A stretch of 64,000 nt of DNA, taken from the NCBI GenBank assembly GCA_963720465.1, contig OY970393.1, forward strand, positions 640,001 through 704,000, given 5' to 3'. Source of the DNA: Methanobacteriota archaeon (GTDB lineage: Archaea; Halobacteriota; Bog-38; Methanoflorentales; Methanoflorentaceae). Under the pieces are notes generated by a model. That model searched no databases and was not told the origin of the DNA. It worked only from the letters and a program-made list of their open reading frames with translations. The position numbers and the translations under genes are program-made. The first letter of the stretch is position 1. Every line of letters starts with the position of its first letter. Shown in pieces: positions 1-12,437 of this stretch.

Positions 1-752
1 ACCACGCCGAGTGCGACTTTTTTTCCGTGACCTTCAAATGCAGCTCCTGTCAATTTGTCTAGCAAAACGGGGAATTTCGCTGCTTCGACGCCGATGAATT
101 GCACGTTTTCCAGCTTCAGCAGCTGCTCATAATCCTTGAAGGATGCAACGTGGGGGTGAAGCTTCACAGGAACCTTTATATTATCGACCGCCGCGTCAAC
201 AAACCTCAGCACTTTTTCGACCTCCACATTATACAAAACGGGTTCATCGATCTGCAAAACATCTGCTCCAGCACGAACGAGCTGCTCTGCTTCAAAGCGG
301 AGCGCTTTTGCCAAGTCATCAAGCAAGCGCGGATCGAGACTCGACCGGTACGGCGTGCCGGCGCTCAAAGACGAGGATGCAGCGAGCGTTGCAGGGCCGG
401 TCACGATCCCTTTGATTTTAGCATCCTGTCCAGCACACTGCCGTGCCAACATGAAGTCGTTTACAGTAACAGCTCTTAGGGGCCGACTAATTTTTCCAGT
501 TATGTAGGAGCGACCCCTATCGCTTTTCATGCCAGGAATCCCCGCTGCAAATAAGCTGACCATATCTGCTCTAACCTGGCCATCAGAGATTAGATCGATG
601 CCGGCTCTGAGTTGATCGGCGACTGCGGCCTCAATCGACGTGACGAATGGATCCTTTCCGGCCATAAGATCATGAACGTTCATTTTTGCCTTCAGCGCTT
701 CTCCGATAATGTGCGTTGGGTAGCTCCCAACTGTATTGGCGAGTATTCCCAT
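1..752 (-). CDS. Cobalamin-independent methionine synthase catalytic-core family protein (archaeal MetE/MesA-like), runs off the window edge
   Basis: Manual translation from ATG 752: MGILANTVGSYP...QLRAGIDLISDGQVR...KGIVTGPATL...VLQIDEP...KKVALGVV, typical Meth_synt_2 motifs. Absent from the ORF track because it has no stop in the window. Confidence 0.8.
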   Translation of the reverse strand, partial: MGILANTVGSYPTHIIGEALKAKMNVHDLMAGKDPFVTSIEAAVADQLRAGIDLISDGQVRADMVSLFAAGIPGMKSDRGRSYITGKISRPLRAVTVNDFMLARQCAGQDAKIKGIVTGPATLAASSSLSAGTPYRSSLDPRLLDDLAKALRFEAEQLVRAGADVLQIDEPVLYNVEVEKVLRFVDAAVDNIKVPVKLHPHVASFKDYEQLLKLENVQFIGVEAAKFPVLLDKLTGAAFEGHGKKVALGV

Positions 753-1355
753 TCAGGCCATCCTCCGTTGCTCGCGACCTCGATTCGCAGCCTCAAATAA
801 ATTATGCGTGAGGGATTGCTCCGGCTTCGCACAGCCCTCTCGCAACTTCTCGACGTTGACTGACAGACAACTTGTCTCCTGACATTGATCGTCGAGGAGG
901 CTCTGTATTGCGTTTTCAAGGTCGTGAAGGTGCAGTGCATAGAAAAGATGCGAGCAGCACCTACAATCTGAGGAGCCAAAACCCGAGATGCTGGTCAGCA
1001 ACGGGTTTAGCGCCAAGTTGCGCGCCATTTCACATTCGATTCGGTCGTCAGTTGTGATTTCGCTTATCCCGATTATCTCTGCAACGGCTGAGAGGTGATC
1101 GATGTGCCACTTATGTGTCTTGTTGCGCCCTGCAGACACATCCAAGTGGCGTGCAACGCGTTTGAAACCGCCCGCCCCCAACGCTGATCCTACGTAAGCG
1201 TAGAAACCTGGCGCAAATTGGATCGTCCGGAGCTTTCCAACCGTCACACGTTTGGCACGGGCTAACGACAGAACTAGGACGTACGCGCCGCTAGCGACAT
1301 TATTCTGGGCCTTCCGTTGCTTTTGCGAGCTTAAGAGACTGTTTAATCTGTTCAT
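753..1355 (-). CDS. GIY-YIG/Uri superfamily nuclease (DUF123 type)
   Basis: GAYVL...GFYAYVGSA, RVARH, WHIDHL, ECE, GFGSSDCRCCSHLF motifs. Start position uncertain. Confidence 0.8.
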   Translation of the reverse strand: MNRLNSLLSSQKQRKAQNNVASGAYVLVLSLARAKRVTVGKLRTIQFAPGFYAYVGSALGAGGFKRVARHLDVSAGRNKTHKWHIDHLSAVAEIIGISEITTDDRIECEMARNLALNPLLTSISGFGSSDCRCCSHLFYALHLHDLENAIQSLLDDQCQETSCLSVNVEKLREGCAKPEQSLTHNLFEAANRGREQRRMA

Positions 1356-1923
1356 TTACGTTGTTTGAAGTTACCCCCCCGTGACCAGGATATAGCACGC
1401 TGACGTCGAGCTTCACCAACCGCGAGATCGAGCGTATCAGGTCACGCGAGCTTCCGCCAGGCAGATCAGTACGACCGACGCTACCGTACGGAAAAACTGT
1501 GTCTCCGGAAAAAAGGCTTTTCGACTCGGCTTCGTAAAGGCAGATGCTTCCACGTGTATGTCCAGGGGTGTGTATCACGCGCAGCGTCGAATCACCGAGA
1601 TCAATTTTTGCGCCGTCAGTAAGCACAATGTCGACGCAAAACTTTGGCGCACGTGCGCCAAAAAAATGTGCCGCGGAAGCGCTCGTGCCGATTTCTTTTG
1701 CATCGGCCTCGTGCATCATAACGACTGTCTTGCTAGGAAGTTTCAACTGGTCTAGGGCCGCCGTGTGATCATAATGCAAGTGAGTTAAAATAATGCAACA
1801 CGCTTCATCCAACGGCAGCTGTTTTGCTGTAATTACGGACCCTAGATCAACAACAGCATTCTTCTTTGCAATTAACCAGAAGGTGTTGCTCTCATAAGGC
1901 CGCGAAAAGGTGTCCACACGCAC
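1300..1923 (-). CDS. Metallo-beta-lactamase fold hydrolase (glyoxalase II-like)
   Basis: THLHYDH, HTPGHT, LFSGD, PGHG motifs. Confidence 0.9.
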   Translation of the reverse strand: MRVDTFSRPYESNTFWLIAKKNAVVDLGSVITAKQLPLDEACCIILTHLHYDHTAALDQLKLPSKTVVMMHEADAKEIGTSASAAHFFGARAPKFCVDIVLTDGAKIDLGDSTLRVIHTPGHTRGSICLYEAESKSLFSGDTVFPYGSVGRTDLPGGSSRDLIRSISRLVKLDVSVLYPGHGGVTSNNVNEQIKQSLKLAKATEGPE

Positions 1924-2056
1924 TTGTATGCATTACGGCGCGTAGTATGATAAAACTTAGGCCGATCTACACGTGGGCAGCACTGCTCACATTTTTAAGC
2001 AACAAGAGCGTAATCACTTAACGAGGTGTGAGCGGACCCGTAATTGAACTAGCACC

Positions 2057-3328
2057 ATGACGCTACTAACAGAAGCCAAAAAAGGGTTAAACGACGAGAT
2101 AAGAAACGCTGCCAAATCAGAGGGCGTATCCAGCGATAAACTTAGGCGCCTCATTGCTGGTGGACACAGCGTTATACCGAAGAACGCAACTCACGATATT
2201 GAGGTGATCGGCATAGGCGAAGCGTTGCGCGCAAAAGTGAATGCCAATATTGGCACATCAATGGACCACATCGACAAAAGCGAAGAGCTCGCAAAAGCAA
2301 GAATAGCGCTGAGATACGGTGCAGATACTGTTATGGACCTGTCTACAGGCGGAGATTTAGATAATATTCGGCGACAAATCCTACGAGAGATCGAAGCCCC
2401 GATTGGCACTGTGCCAATATATCAGGCAGCAATGCGGCGAGACGCTGTTGTATCAATGACGACAGATGACATGTTCGACACGGTTCGCAAGCACGCCCAA
2501 GACGGCATTGATTTTATGACCATCCACGCGGGGGTCAATTTGAAATCCCTCGAAGTATTGAAGACGAGCAAGAGAATTATGGGGGTAGTCAGCAGAGGCG
2601 GCGCTTTCACCATTGCGTGGATGGTGCACAACGGCGAAGACAACCCCTTCTACGTTGAGTATGACTATCTCCTTGAACTTGCACACGAGTATGACTTCGT
2701 GATCAGCCTCGGTGACGGCATGAGGTCGGGATGCTTGCACGACGCAAGCGACCGTCCTAAATTCATGGAATATATACAGCTCGGAGAGCTCACACAGCGG
2801 GCGCGCGAAAGCGGCGTTCAGACCTTGGTCGAAGGACCTGGCCACGTCCCACTTAACGAAATCGAGACCAACGTCAAAGCGATGAAATCGTTGACCGGCG
2901 GTGCGCCACTCTACCTGCTAGGACCACTCGTCACAGACATAGCGCCAGGGTACGACCACATAACAGGAGCAATTGGGGGCGCTCTTGCCGGAATGTTTGG
3001 TGCCGATTTCTTGTGCATGACAACACCGTCAGAGCACCTCGGGTTGCCGACACTAGATGATATCAAGCAAGGGGCGATCGTCACAAAGATAGCCGCTCAC
3101 GTGGCCGACCTAGCGAGAGGAATGCCCCGCGCACACAAGCTAGACGATGAGATGGCTAAATCACGGGCCAGCCTCGACTGGGAAAAACAATTCCGACTTT
3201 CAGTTGATCCCGATCTAGCCAAGGCGAAATTTAACTGCCGCAGCCGACAGAGCGATGCTTGCTCCATGTGCGGAGATCTGTGTGCGATAAAAATAGCTAA
3301 AGCGGCGTTAGGTAACTCCAAGAGCTAG
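2057..3328 (+). CDS. thiC: Phosphomethylpyrimidine synthase ThiC (ThiC/Bza family)
   Basis: [32 protein letters not shown]-terminal CSMCGDLC. Confidence 0.9.
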   Translation: MTLLTEAKKGLNDEIRNAAKSEGVSSDKLRRLIAGGHSVIPKNATHDIEVIGIGEALRAKVNANIGTSMDHIDKSEELAKARIALRYGADTVMDLSTGGDLDNIRRQILREIEAPIGTVPIYQAAMRRDAVVSMTTDDMFDTVRKHAQDGIDFMTIHAGVNLKSLEVLKTSKRIMGVVSRGGAFTIAWMVHNGEDNPFYVEYDYLLELAHEYDFVISLGDGMRSGCLHDASDRPKFMEYIQLGELTQRARESGVQTLVEGPGHVPLNEIETNVKAMKSLTGGAPLYLLGPLVTDIAPGYDHITGAIGGALAGMFGADFLCMTTPSEHLGLPTLDDIKQGAIVTKIAAHVADLARGMPRAHKLDDEMAKSRASLDWEKQFRLSVDPDLAKAKFNCRSRQSDACSMCGDLCAIKIAKAALGNSKS

Positions 3329-3352
3329 TTCGGTGTCGTTGCGAAGTGCGAC

Positions 3353-3760
3353 TTATTCTTTCGCGCTGTTATTTGCTTGCAAGATTCTTAAGGCAAACAA
3401 CGCAGCGTTTTTCCCGCTATCTATTCCGACCGACGCGACTGGAACTCCTACAGGCATTTGCACTATGGAGAGCAGCGCATCCAGACCGCTGAGCTTGGTG
3501 CTTACAGGGACGCCAATCACTGGGGCGTTCGTCTTTGACGCGATAATGCCTGGAAGAGCTGCAGATAGGCCTGCGATAGCAATATAAACCTTAGCATGAG
3601 TTTTTCTAAGATATTCATCGAGCCGCGTTGGCTCTCGATGCGCGGAGATGACCGCCAAGTCATACGCAACGCCCGCCTCCTCAAGTATCTCTATCGCTTT
3701 TTCTGCCACGTGCATATCGGAGGTAGAGCCCACCAATATTGCCACATCGGGGTAGCTCAT
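3353..3760 (-). CDS. purE: N5-carboxyaminoimidazole ribonucleotide mutase PurE
   Basis: [32 protein letters not shown]; start reset to MSYPDV at 3760. Confidence 0.93.
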   Translation of the reverse strand: MSYPDVAILVGSTSDMHVAEKAIEILEEAGVAYDLAVISAHREPTRLDEYLRKTHAKVYIAIAGLSAALPGIIASKTNAPVIGVPVSTKLSGLDALLSIVQMPVGVPVASVGIDSGKNAALFALRILQANNSAKE

Positions 3761-3902
3761 CGCGGTGAAGTTGTCCCAGGACCGTAAAACTCTTTCTGAA
3801 TGAAGACCGAGCACTTTATGCGAAAGCCGCTCGCTTTTTAGCGTGAGCGCGTGTGCAACCCATTGCAGCTTTTTGATACTCGCGTGATGTAACAGAGAGG
3901 AA

Positions 3903-4090
3903 ATGGACCCCAACCTCGCCATAACTCTTTCTGTCTTCACAATTAGCTACGCCATATTGGCTTCTGAGCGAATACATCGGCCGTCGTGGCTGCGCTTGCC
4001 AGCCTTCTGCGCTAGCGACTGGCGTTTTGAGTCCTGGCGAAGCCGTCAATTACGTTAATTGGGAAACTACTGGCCTACTATTCGGGATAG
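3903..4090 (+). pseudogene. N-terminal remnant of an ArsB/NhaD (IT superfamily) permease
   Basis: Three frames stitch to [26 protein letters not shown] / AVVAALASLL / ALATGVLSPGEAVNYVNWETTGLLFGI, matching the SEKIHR...IDWNTIGLLFG pattern; two frameshifts, then truncation. Confidence 0.65.
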
Positions 4091-4272
4091 AGCATACGCG
4101 GACGAGTGGGGGTAATCCCCTGGCAATGCCATGAGCTCGCCGCCGAAAAGGAGAAAGACGGTGAGGTAGCGAGGCTGAAAATAGTACGAAAAAACTCTAA
4201 ATACAGAGTGCTGCGATTTAACACGAAGACCGATTGCTGTTTGCGCACATAACGTGAAGGAGAAATGCGTTT

Positions 4273-5911
<1,639 letters not shown>

Positions 5912-5935
5912 AGCGCTGCTGAAAGGAGTATTGTT

Positions 5936-6358
5936 ATGGAACAGAAAAATGAAGCGCGTATAAGGCTTGGATTCGTGGTGGCTGAATTTAATCGGGACAT
6001 TACATACCAAATGGAGATTCTTGCTAAAGAACACGCGGCATTCCTAAACGCTGATGTCGTGAAAACCATTTTAGTTCCTGGAGTTTTTGACATGCCCTTA
6101 GCTGTCAAAAGTTTGGCCACAGACGATGAGGTAGACGCAGTGGTTACAATCGGCTGCGTGATTGAAGGAGCGACCGCGCACGACGAAATCGTCGCACAGC
6201 ACGCGACGCGAAAGATTGTCGATCTAGCCCTTGAGCACAACAAGCCGATCACCTTGGGAATATCGGGTCCAAGAATGTCCCGCCTTGAAGCACACGAACG
6301 CGTAGACTATGCAAAAAGAGCTGTAGAAGCCGCTGTAAAGCTTTGCAAGAGACTCTGA
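5936..6358 (+). CDS. ribH: 6,7-dimethyl-8-ribityllumazine synthase
   Basis: [26 protein letters not shown]. Confidence 0.95.
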   Translation: MEQKNEARIRLGFVVAEFNRDITYQMEILAKEHAAFLNADVVKTILVPGVFDMPLAVKSLATDDEVDAVVTIGCVIEGATAHDEIVAQHATRKIVDLALEHNKPITLGISGPRMSRLEAHERVDYAKRAVEAAVKLCKRL

Positions 6359-7536
6359 TGAACCCAAATCAGGTCATTGCCTCAAGAGTCCAACGCATAC
6401 CTGAGTCCGCCACGATGAAGATTGCGGACATGGCATCCAAGCTCAGAAGTGAAGGGCGAGATATTATTAGTTTCAGTCTCGGTGAACCTGATTTTGAAAC
6501 CCCGGAGAACATAAGAAAAGCAGCAAAAACGGCCCTCGATCGTGGTGAGACGCACTATACGCAAGGCAGCGGAATTCCCGAACTTCGAGAAGCGATAGCA
6601 GAGAAATTAAAAAATGAGAATAACCTCGACGTCAGTCCCGCCGACGTGCTCGTAACACCTGGCGCCAAGCAAGCGATATTTGAAGCGGTCTGCACACTTA
6701 TCGAAGAAGGGGATGAGGTTTTATTACTTGATCCTGCGTGGGTTTCCTACGAAGCAATCGTTAAGTTCGCTGGTGGGAAGCCCGTCATGGTCCCTGTTTC
6801 AGAACAGGATGGCTGTGTGCCAGTTGACTTACATAGTTACATAACGAGAGATACCAAGCTCCTTATTCTAAACAGCCCGTGCAACCCTACCGGAGCCGTT
6901 TACGGCAAAAATGAGATAAAGACGGTAGCTGAGATGGCTGAAGACTACGGTATCTTTGTGCTGTCAGACGAAGTCTATGAAAAAATCATTTATGGCGCTA
7001 AGCATCACAGTATAGGCAGTCTAATACCTAGCAGGACAATTACGATCAACGGATTCTCAAAGGCCTATGCGATGACGGGCTGGAGACTCGGTTACGCGAC
7101 TGCAGCCGCACCAATCCTTCAAGGCATGCTTAAGATCCAACAACATTCAGTAAGCAACGCGACGTCTTTTGTTCAAAGGGCTGGCGTTGAGGCCCTGAGA
7201 GGTGACCAAGGCGCGGTGCGTGCGATGGTGACGGAGTTTGAAAAGCGGCGAAACCTTATGATCGACGGACTTTACAAAATGGGGATACAATGCGCACGGC
7301 CAAGAGGCGCATTTTACGTGTTCGCGAAGGTCTCGCAGTTCGGCAGTTCTGTTGAGGTGGCTGAAAAACTGTTACAGGAAGCTCTTGTCGCTGTTACGCC
7401 TGGCTCAGCTTTCGGACCAAACGGAGAGGGTTACGTACGTTTGTCGTACGCCACGAGCCGTCAAAATATAGAAAGGGGCATCTGCAAGATAGAAGCATCA
7501 CTCGAGAACAGGCCTAGCACTTCACCCGACGCTTAA
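6358..7536 (+). CDS. Class I PLP-dependent (aspartate-type) aminotransferase
   Basis: GEPDF, NSPCNPTG, SDEVY, GFSKAYAMTGWRLG; ATG overlaps the ribH stop (TGATG). Confidence 0.92.
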   Translation: MNPNQVIASRVQRIPESATMKIADMASKLRSEGRDIISFSLGEPDFETPENIRKAAKTALDRGETHYTQGSGIPELREAIAEKLKNENNLDVSPADVLVTPGAKQAIFEAVCTLIEEGDEVLLLDPAWVSYEAIVKFAGGKPVMVPVSEQDGCVPVDLHSYITRDTKLLILNSPCNPTGAVYGKNEIKTVAEMAEDYGIFVLSDEVYEKIIYGAKHHSIGSLIPSRTITINGFSKAYAMTGWRLGYATAAAPILQGMLKIQQHSVSNATSFVQRAGVEALRGDQGAVRAMVTEFEKRRNLMIDGLYKMGIQCARPRGAFYVFAKVSQFGSSVEVAEKLLQEALVAVTPGSAFGPNGEGYVRLSYATSRQNIERGICKIEASLENRPSTSPDA

Positions 7537-7940
7537 TGATTTCGTGAATAATGTTTTCGGTGCCCGATAGCTCTCCGGTGTCTTGAAACGGCAGCCGGAT
7601 AACTCTGGACGGAATGCGCCTTTTTTCAAGATCTTCTTGGAGTTTCTTCTCGTCAAAGTACTGATCGAAGCCAAGAGCTACGATGTCTGGCTTTATTGTC
7701 ATCAAAGGCTCGAACATGTCGTGCTCGCTTCCAAGTTCAGCGTGGTCGACCACCTCCAAGGCCCTGACCACTTGCAGCCGTTGCCGTTCGGGGATTACTG
7801 GTTTTGACTTGTGCTGGACCATGGAATCGCGGGACACAATTACAAATAATTCGTCGCCCAGCTCCTTTGCTTTCTTTAGATACAAGATATGGCCTGGATG
7901 CAAAATATCAAACGTACCTGTTGCGAGTACCTCTAATCAT
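7514..7940 (-). CDS. ribL: FAD synthase RibL (cytidylyltransferase family), apparent +1 frameshift near codon 4
   Basis: VLATGTFDILHPGH, KPVIPERQRL, PDIVALGFDQ; the ATG at 7940 (MIR-) is one base out of frame with VLATG. Confidence 0.85.
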
Positions 7941-8370
7941 CTTCGCCACCAAAAGTTTCTTGTATGTCTTTATACACGGCACTCTCATCAATTTCAATGT
8001 CTAGCACGTCAAGTTTTCTCCTGTCGCCGATTCTGTCGTAGCAAGCCCAGCTCGTAGTATCATAAGGGTAGCCGACAATAATATGGCAGTCTCCGCTTTG
8101 CATGAACAGTCGAATATCTGCATCCGAGGGCTGGAGCGCTCCTGACGGGTGGCTGTGCACAGATCCGACAATATGTGTGCTGACAGGTAGCATAAACAGA
8201 TTCATGACGGCGCTCACATTCGAAGACTGAGTAATAGGAACGTCTACGTCCGTGATAATCCCATCCGTCTCGTATAACATCCCAGCGAATTCTTTTGGGT
8301 GCGAGGATGCGCTCACTTCGAGGACAAACTTCAATGCGTCACGAGCTATGCCTTTGATTTTCTTTTTCAT
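7933..8370 (-). CDS. JAMM/MPN+ (Mov34) metalloprotease family protein
   Basis: HPKEFAG, GSVHSHPSG...PSDAD (E...HxH...SxxD). Confidence 0.88.
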   Translation of the reverse strand: MKKKIKGIARDALKFVLEVSASSHPKEFAGMLYETDGIITDVDVPITQSSNVSAVMNLFMLPVSTHIVGSVHSHPSGALQPSDADIRLFMQSGDCHIIVGYPYDTTSWACYDRIGDRRKLDVLDIEIDESAVYKDIQETFGGEDD

Positions 8371-8698
8371 AAATGACCCGCAACCACTAACACTCAGTGG
8401 ATGTTTTTTCCTATCGAACCACGAAGTACAAAAAAGCGGTTTTTCGGCGGTTCAGCCAATTGCTAATCTAGTGCCTCAGAACTCATAGGGATCATCATTG
8501 CGTCTTTGACGCTCGGAAGTCATTGTACATCATTGGCACAAGTGTAATTGACCTTCCCACTATTATAGATATACCTCATAAAGTCGTACCACTTCCGTGT
8601 CCGTGTCTGCGCCTTTCTTCAAGCAAGCAGCGCCTTCGGCCAAATAACGTCACTAGACGTGCCGAGGATTAAAATCGCAACAAGAACGCGGTTCACGA

Positions 8699-8781
8699 TG
8701 CGGAGGGAGGGATTCGAACCCGCGAACTCCTTTGAGAGTGGATCTTGAGCCCACCGCCGTTGACCACTTGGCTACCTCCGC
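8699..8781 (-). tRNA. tRNA-Leu(CAA), no intron
   Basis: Reverse complement GCGGAGG...GTGGG-CTCAAGA-TCCAC...GGTTCGAATCC...CCTCCGCA; long variable arm. Confidence 0.95.
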
Positions 8782-9081
8782 TTCTTTGACAGTATAGTTT
8801 TGACTTATTTCTATTTAACTAATTTCTGGGTGCGCGCTTGTTTTCTTCGCGAAGGATTGGACCTACGTTACCCGTATCTATTGAGTCGAACGTCACGCAA
8901 CTTAATTCGCGGACCGGAGAAGACAACCGAAAGCCAAGCGCCACACTAAAATTAACTCCAAGAGGCAGCGACAGAGTAGTAACTTACTGAAATTCGAGCA
9001 GAGCGGCCTTGTCGAGAAACTTGCAATGCGCTATCGCAATTTCTAAATATGCTTTTCGCTTTTATACAGTAGGTGATTATC

Positions 9082-9312
9082 GTGGTTGTCGGAGTTACAA
9101 TGGTCAACGTCGTTCCGGGTGAAGAACGATATGTTTACCGAACGCTTTTAGCGTTAGCCGGTATACGAGAAGTATATCATGTTTTTGGAGAGTATGACTT
9201 TGTAGTCATCATCGAAGTCGAAGGGTTAACAGCATTGAATAATTCGGTTGATAACATACGAGATATCAAAGGAGTCACTACAACTCACACGATCGTTGGC
9301 GCTGAACTATGA
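9082..9312 (+). CDS. Stand-alone Lrp/AsnC ligand-binding domain protein
   Basis: [24 protein letters not shown]; AGGTGA ribosome-binding site before GTG 9082. Confidence 0.85.
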   Translation: MVVGVTMVNVVPGEERYVYRTLLALAGIREVYHVFGEYDFVVIIEVEGLTALNNSVDNIRDIKGVTTTHTIVGAEL

Positions 9313-9327
9313 TTGGGAGAACCCCTG

Positions 9328-11193
9328 ATGGCTGAAAACATTGCCGAGAAGCTTGCCCAAAAACAACGCGAGATTAGCATAGCAGAATTCTTTGAGAAAA
9401 ACCGTCAAATCCTCGGTTTCGACTCATCGACGCGAAGCCTCATAACAAGTGTCAAGGAAGCGGTCGATAACGCACTCGATGCCTGCGAAGAGAGCGGCGT
9501 ACTTCCTGATATTCTAATTGAGATTCAGAAGGTGGACAAAGATACCTATCGGGTCATCGTAGAAGATAACGGCCCTGGCATCGTGAAGGAACAGATACCG
9601 CGAGTTTTCGGAAAGCTCCTTTACGGCTCTCGATTTCACGCCCTCAAACAGAGCAGAGGACAGCAAGGCATAGGAATCTCGGCGGTCGTCTTGTATGCGC
9701 AGCTGACATCGGGGCGGCCTACGGCAGTATATTCCAAAACGGGAAAGAACAAGGAAGCCCATTATTACGAGCTTGTTATCAACACGAAAACCAACGAACC
9801 CGAAATATTGATGGAGAAAATTGTGCCGTGGGACAGGCCTCACGGAACCAGAATTGAAGTCGAGATGGAAGGTACATACGTCCGCGCTCGCAAACAATCG
9901 ATATATGGCTATGCAAAATCGACTGCGATAGTCAATCCGCACGCCCGACTGACGTTGATTGAACCGACAGGAGACACTCAAGTGTTTGAGCGTGTGACAG
10001 AAGTCTTGCCGGTTGAACCCTGTGAGATACTGCCACATCCTGAAGGCATTGAACTCGGCACACTAATCAAAATGCTGCGGTACACAGAGAGACGGCGACT
10101 GACCTCATTCTTGACAAACGAGTTTGCCCGCATCGGACACAAAACCGCGAAAGAGATATGCGCAAGAGCTGGAATCGATCCCGACGTAAACCCCAGTGAC
10201 CTCTCACGCGATCAGGCAAAGCGCTTGCTCGAAGCGTTCAAGACTGTCAAAATCATTGCGCCTTCGACGGAGTGCCTCTCTCCCATAACAGAAGAGCTGA
10301 TCAGAAAGGGGCTGGAAAAGGAATACGACGTTGATTTTATTGCGACGACCACGCGGGACGCCTCTGTGCACACAGGCAACCCATTCATCGTCGAAGCGGG
10401 CATTGCCTACGGAGGGAGTTTGCCAAAGGAAGAAAAAACAGACATCCTGCGATTCGCGAATCGGGTTCCTCTACTATATCAACAAGGTGGGTGCGCGAGT
10501 ACTCACGCCGTAGAGAAAATCAACTGGAGGAACTATGAACTGCTGCAACCAGGGGGGAGCGGCATTCCCCAAGGCCCAGTCGTCATTCTCACACACGTCG
10601 CGTCAACGAATGTTCCGTTCACTTCCGAGTCAAAAGAAGCGATCGCGGATATCCCCGAGATAGTGGACGAGATAGAACTTGCGGTTCGAGACGTGGCGCG
10701 CGGACTCAAGAACTACTTGGCGAAGCAAAAAATACTGGCGAAGAGAAAAGAGAAAGAAGAAATAATAGAAAGGGTTCTTCCCAAGCTTGCTGAGAAGGTC
10801 TCCGAGGTAATGGGCGGGCCGCAACCGGATATTCAACCCATCGTTGCTAAGATTATGGGGAATGTCCTCGTGCAAAAGACGGCCGAACAGAGCGACAACA
10901 CGTCGATCGTGACGATCCGCATCAAGAACTTTTCTGAGAGCCAAAAAGAGTTTAAGCTGCACCAGGTCTCTGCCGTGGAGATCGAAGATCCAACTCCTAA
11001 GCCAAGAGTATCAAGTTTTGACGGCCAATTCGACAACATTTGGAAGGTATCAATCAAGCCTAATGCAGAAAAAAAAGTTAGGTACACCGTTAAGTCCGAG
11101 CAGTCCCCGGGCGCCAATCTTCTCGTTGAAGGGATACTTGCAGAGATGGTTACAGGAGCCGACGCGCTACCTAAGAAGCGAGCTAGTGAGTGA
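9328..11193 (+). CDS. top6B: DNA topoisomerase VI subunit B
   Basis: [44 protein letters not shown]. Confidence 0.97.
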   Translation: MAENIAEKLAQKQREISIAEFFEKNRQILGFDSSTRSLITSVKEAVDNALDACEESGVLPDILIEIQKVDKDTYRVIVEDNGPGIVKEQIPRVFGKLLYGSRFHALKQSRGQQGIGISAVVLYAQLTSGRPTAVYSKTGKNKEAHYYELVINTKTNEPEILMEKIVPWDRPHGTRIEVEMEGTYVRARKQSIYGYAKSTAIVNPHARLTLIEPTGDTQVFERVTEVLPVEPCEILPHPEGIELGTLIKMLRYTERRRLTSFLTNEFARIGHKTAKEICARAGIDPDVNPSDLSRDQAKRLLEAFKTVKIIAPSTECLSPITEELIRKGLEKEYDVDFIATTTRDASVHTGNPFIVEAGIAYGGSLPKEEKTDILRFANRVPLLYQQGGCASTHAVEKINWRNYELLQPGGSGIPQGPVVILTHVASTNVPFTSESKEAIADIPEIVDEIELAVRDVARGLKNYLAKQKILAKRKEKEEIIERVLPKLAEKVSEVMGGPQPDIQPIVAKIMGNVLVQKTAEQSDNTSIVTIRIKNFSESQKEFKLHQVSAVEIEDPTPKPRVSSFDGQFDNIWKVSIKPNAEKKVRYTVKSEQSPGANLLVEGILAEMVTGADALPKKRASE

Positions 11194-12326
11194 GGCAAAG
11201 CATGAGCGTTGAAGAAGAGCTATTGAAAGCAAAAAAGGAGAAGGATAGTTTAACCAAGCAAAGGCTCATGCAAATCATCAAAACCATCTACGATCAGTTT
11301 GCCAAAGAACAAATTCCGCAGCTTCTGATTCCAACAAGAACGAAATCAAATATCGCATTTAACGAGGAATCAGAGGTTTGGGTTTATGGTGAACGGGAGA
11401 GCGCCAGGAGTTGCAAGACTGTGAGAGGCGCCTATAGCCTCCTCAAGTCGAGTTATACGATTGAATTTCTCAATAAACAGCTCGAGGAGAACCGCTCGTC
11501 AACACTCAGAGAGCTTTACTATATTTCCGAAGGCTGGAAACTAGCAAAGTTCAGAGAGCAGCCTGAGTCAGATAGAATGATCGAGGATCTCGAGATCATA
11601 ACTGAACTCCAACGTGAGAACTTTCACGTTCGGCCCGAAGAGAATGGCGCTACGATTTTCGGTCCCATTCGAATTAAAGAAAACGTTGAGAGACGCGGGC
11701 AAGTATCGGAACGGGTCATCCATTGCATAGATGATGTTGGAGAGGGAGGATATCAGATCCCTTACAACGTCGACAACCTAGATTTTGTCGAGCACGACGC
11801 TAAGTTTATCATCGCTATCGAAACCGGCGGTATGCGCGACAGACTTATTGAAAACGGATTCGACACAGATCACGATGCAATTATCGTGCACCTTAAAGGC
11901 CAGCCAGCGCGAAGCACACGGCGGCTTTTAAAAAGGATGAACGAGCGGCTAAAGCTGCCAGTCGTCGTTTTTACAGACGGGGATCCGTGGTCCTACCGAA
12001 TATTCGCCTCAGTCGCGTACGGGTCGATAAAGAGTGCACACATGTCTGAATACATGGCAACCCCAGCAGCGCAGTTCATCGGCGTACGGCCGAGCGACAT
12101 CGTGAACTACGACTTGCCGACCGATAAGCTGTCTGATCAGGACGTGCGAGCACTCCAATCAGAGCTCACCGATCCACGTTTTGCTACTGATTTCTGGAAG
12201 GACGAGATCAACCTTCAGCTTGAACTGAAGAAGAAGTCTGAACAACAAGCGTTTGCAAGTAGAGGCCTAGACTACGTTACCGATGTATACCTTCCCGAAA
12301 GACTAACCAGTCTCGGGATCATTTGA
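11190..12326 (+). CDS. top6A: DNA topoisomerase VI subunit A
   Basis: [28 protein letters not shown]. Confidence 0.97.
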   Translation: MRQSMSVEEELLKAKKEKDSLTKQRLMQIIKTIYDQFAKEQIPQLLIPTRTKSNIAFNEESEVWVYGERESARSCKTVRGAYSLLKSSYTIEFLNKQLEENRSSTLRELYYISEGWKLAKFREQPESDRMIEDLEIITELQRENFHVRPEENGATIFGPIRIKENVERRGQVSERVIHCIDDVGEGGYQIPYNVDNLDFVEHDAKFIIAIETGGMRDRLIENGFDTDHDAIIVHLKGQPARSTRRLLKRMNERLKLPVVVFTDGDPWSYRIFASVAYGSIKSAHMSEYMATPAAQFIGVRPSDIVNYDLPTDKLSDQDVRALQSELTDPRFATDFWKDEINLQLELKKKSEQQAFASRGLDYVTDVYLPERLTSLGII

Positions 12327-12437
12327 TTGCCCAGTGACCAGTCGCGCACAAGCTATTTCTGTTCATATGAAAGTCGTGCAGGTGACTATTGGAACGCAAG
12401 CCTCGGTAGCGTCTCTCTGTGGTCGCCACGCAGAAGG

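Noticed and set aside
1924-2056. TPP riboswitch upstream of thiC
   Set aside because: No CTGAGA or ACCTG...GGGA core motifs were found.
3761-3940. N-terminal extension of purE in the ORF track
   Set aside because: PurE homology begins at MSYPDVAIL. The extension overlaps the promoter region and the opposite-strand permease remnant.
8930-9047. Possible winged-helix remnant (...NLLKFEQSGLVEKL...)
   Set aside because: Too short, with no start codon or further motif support.
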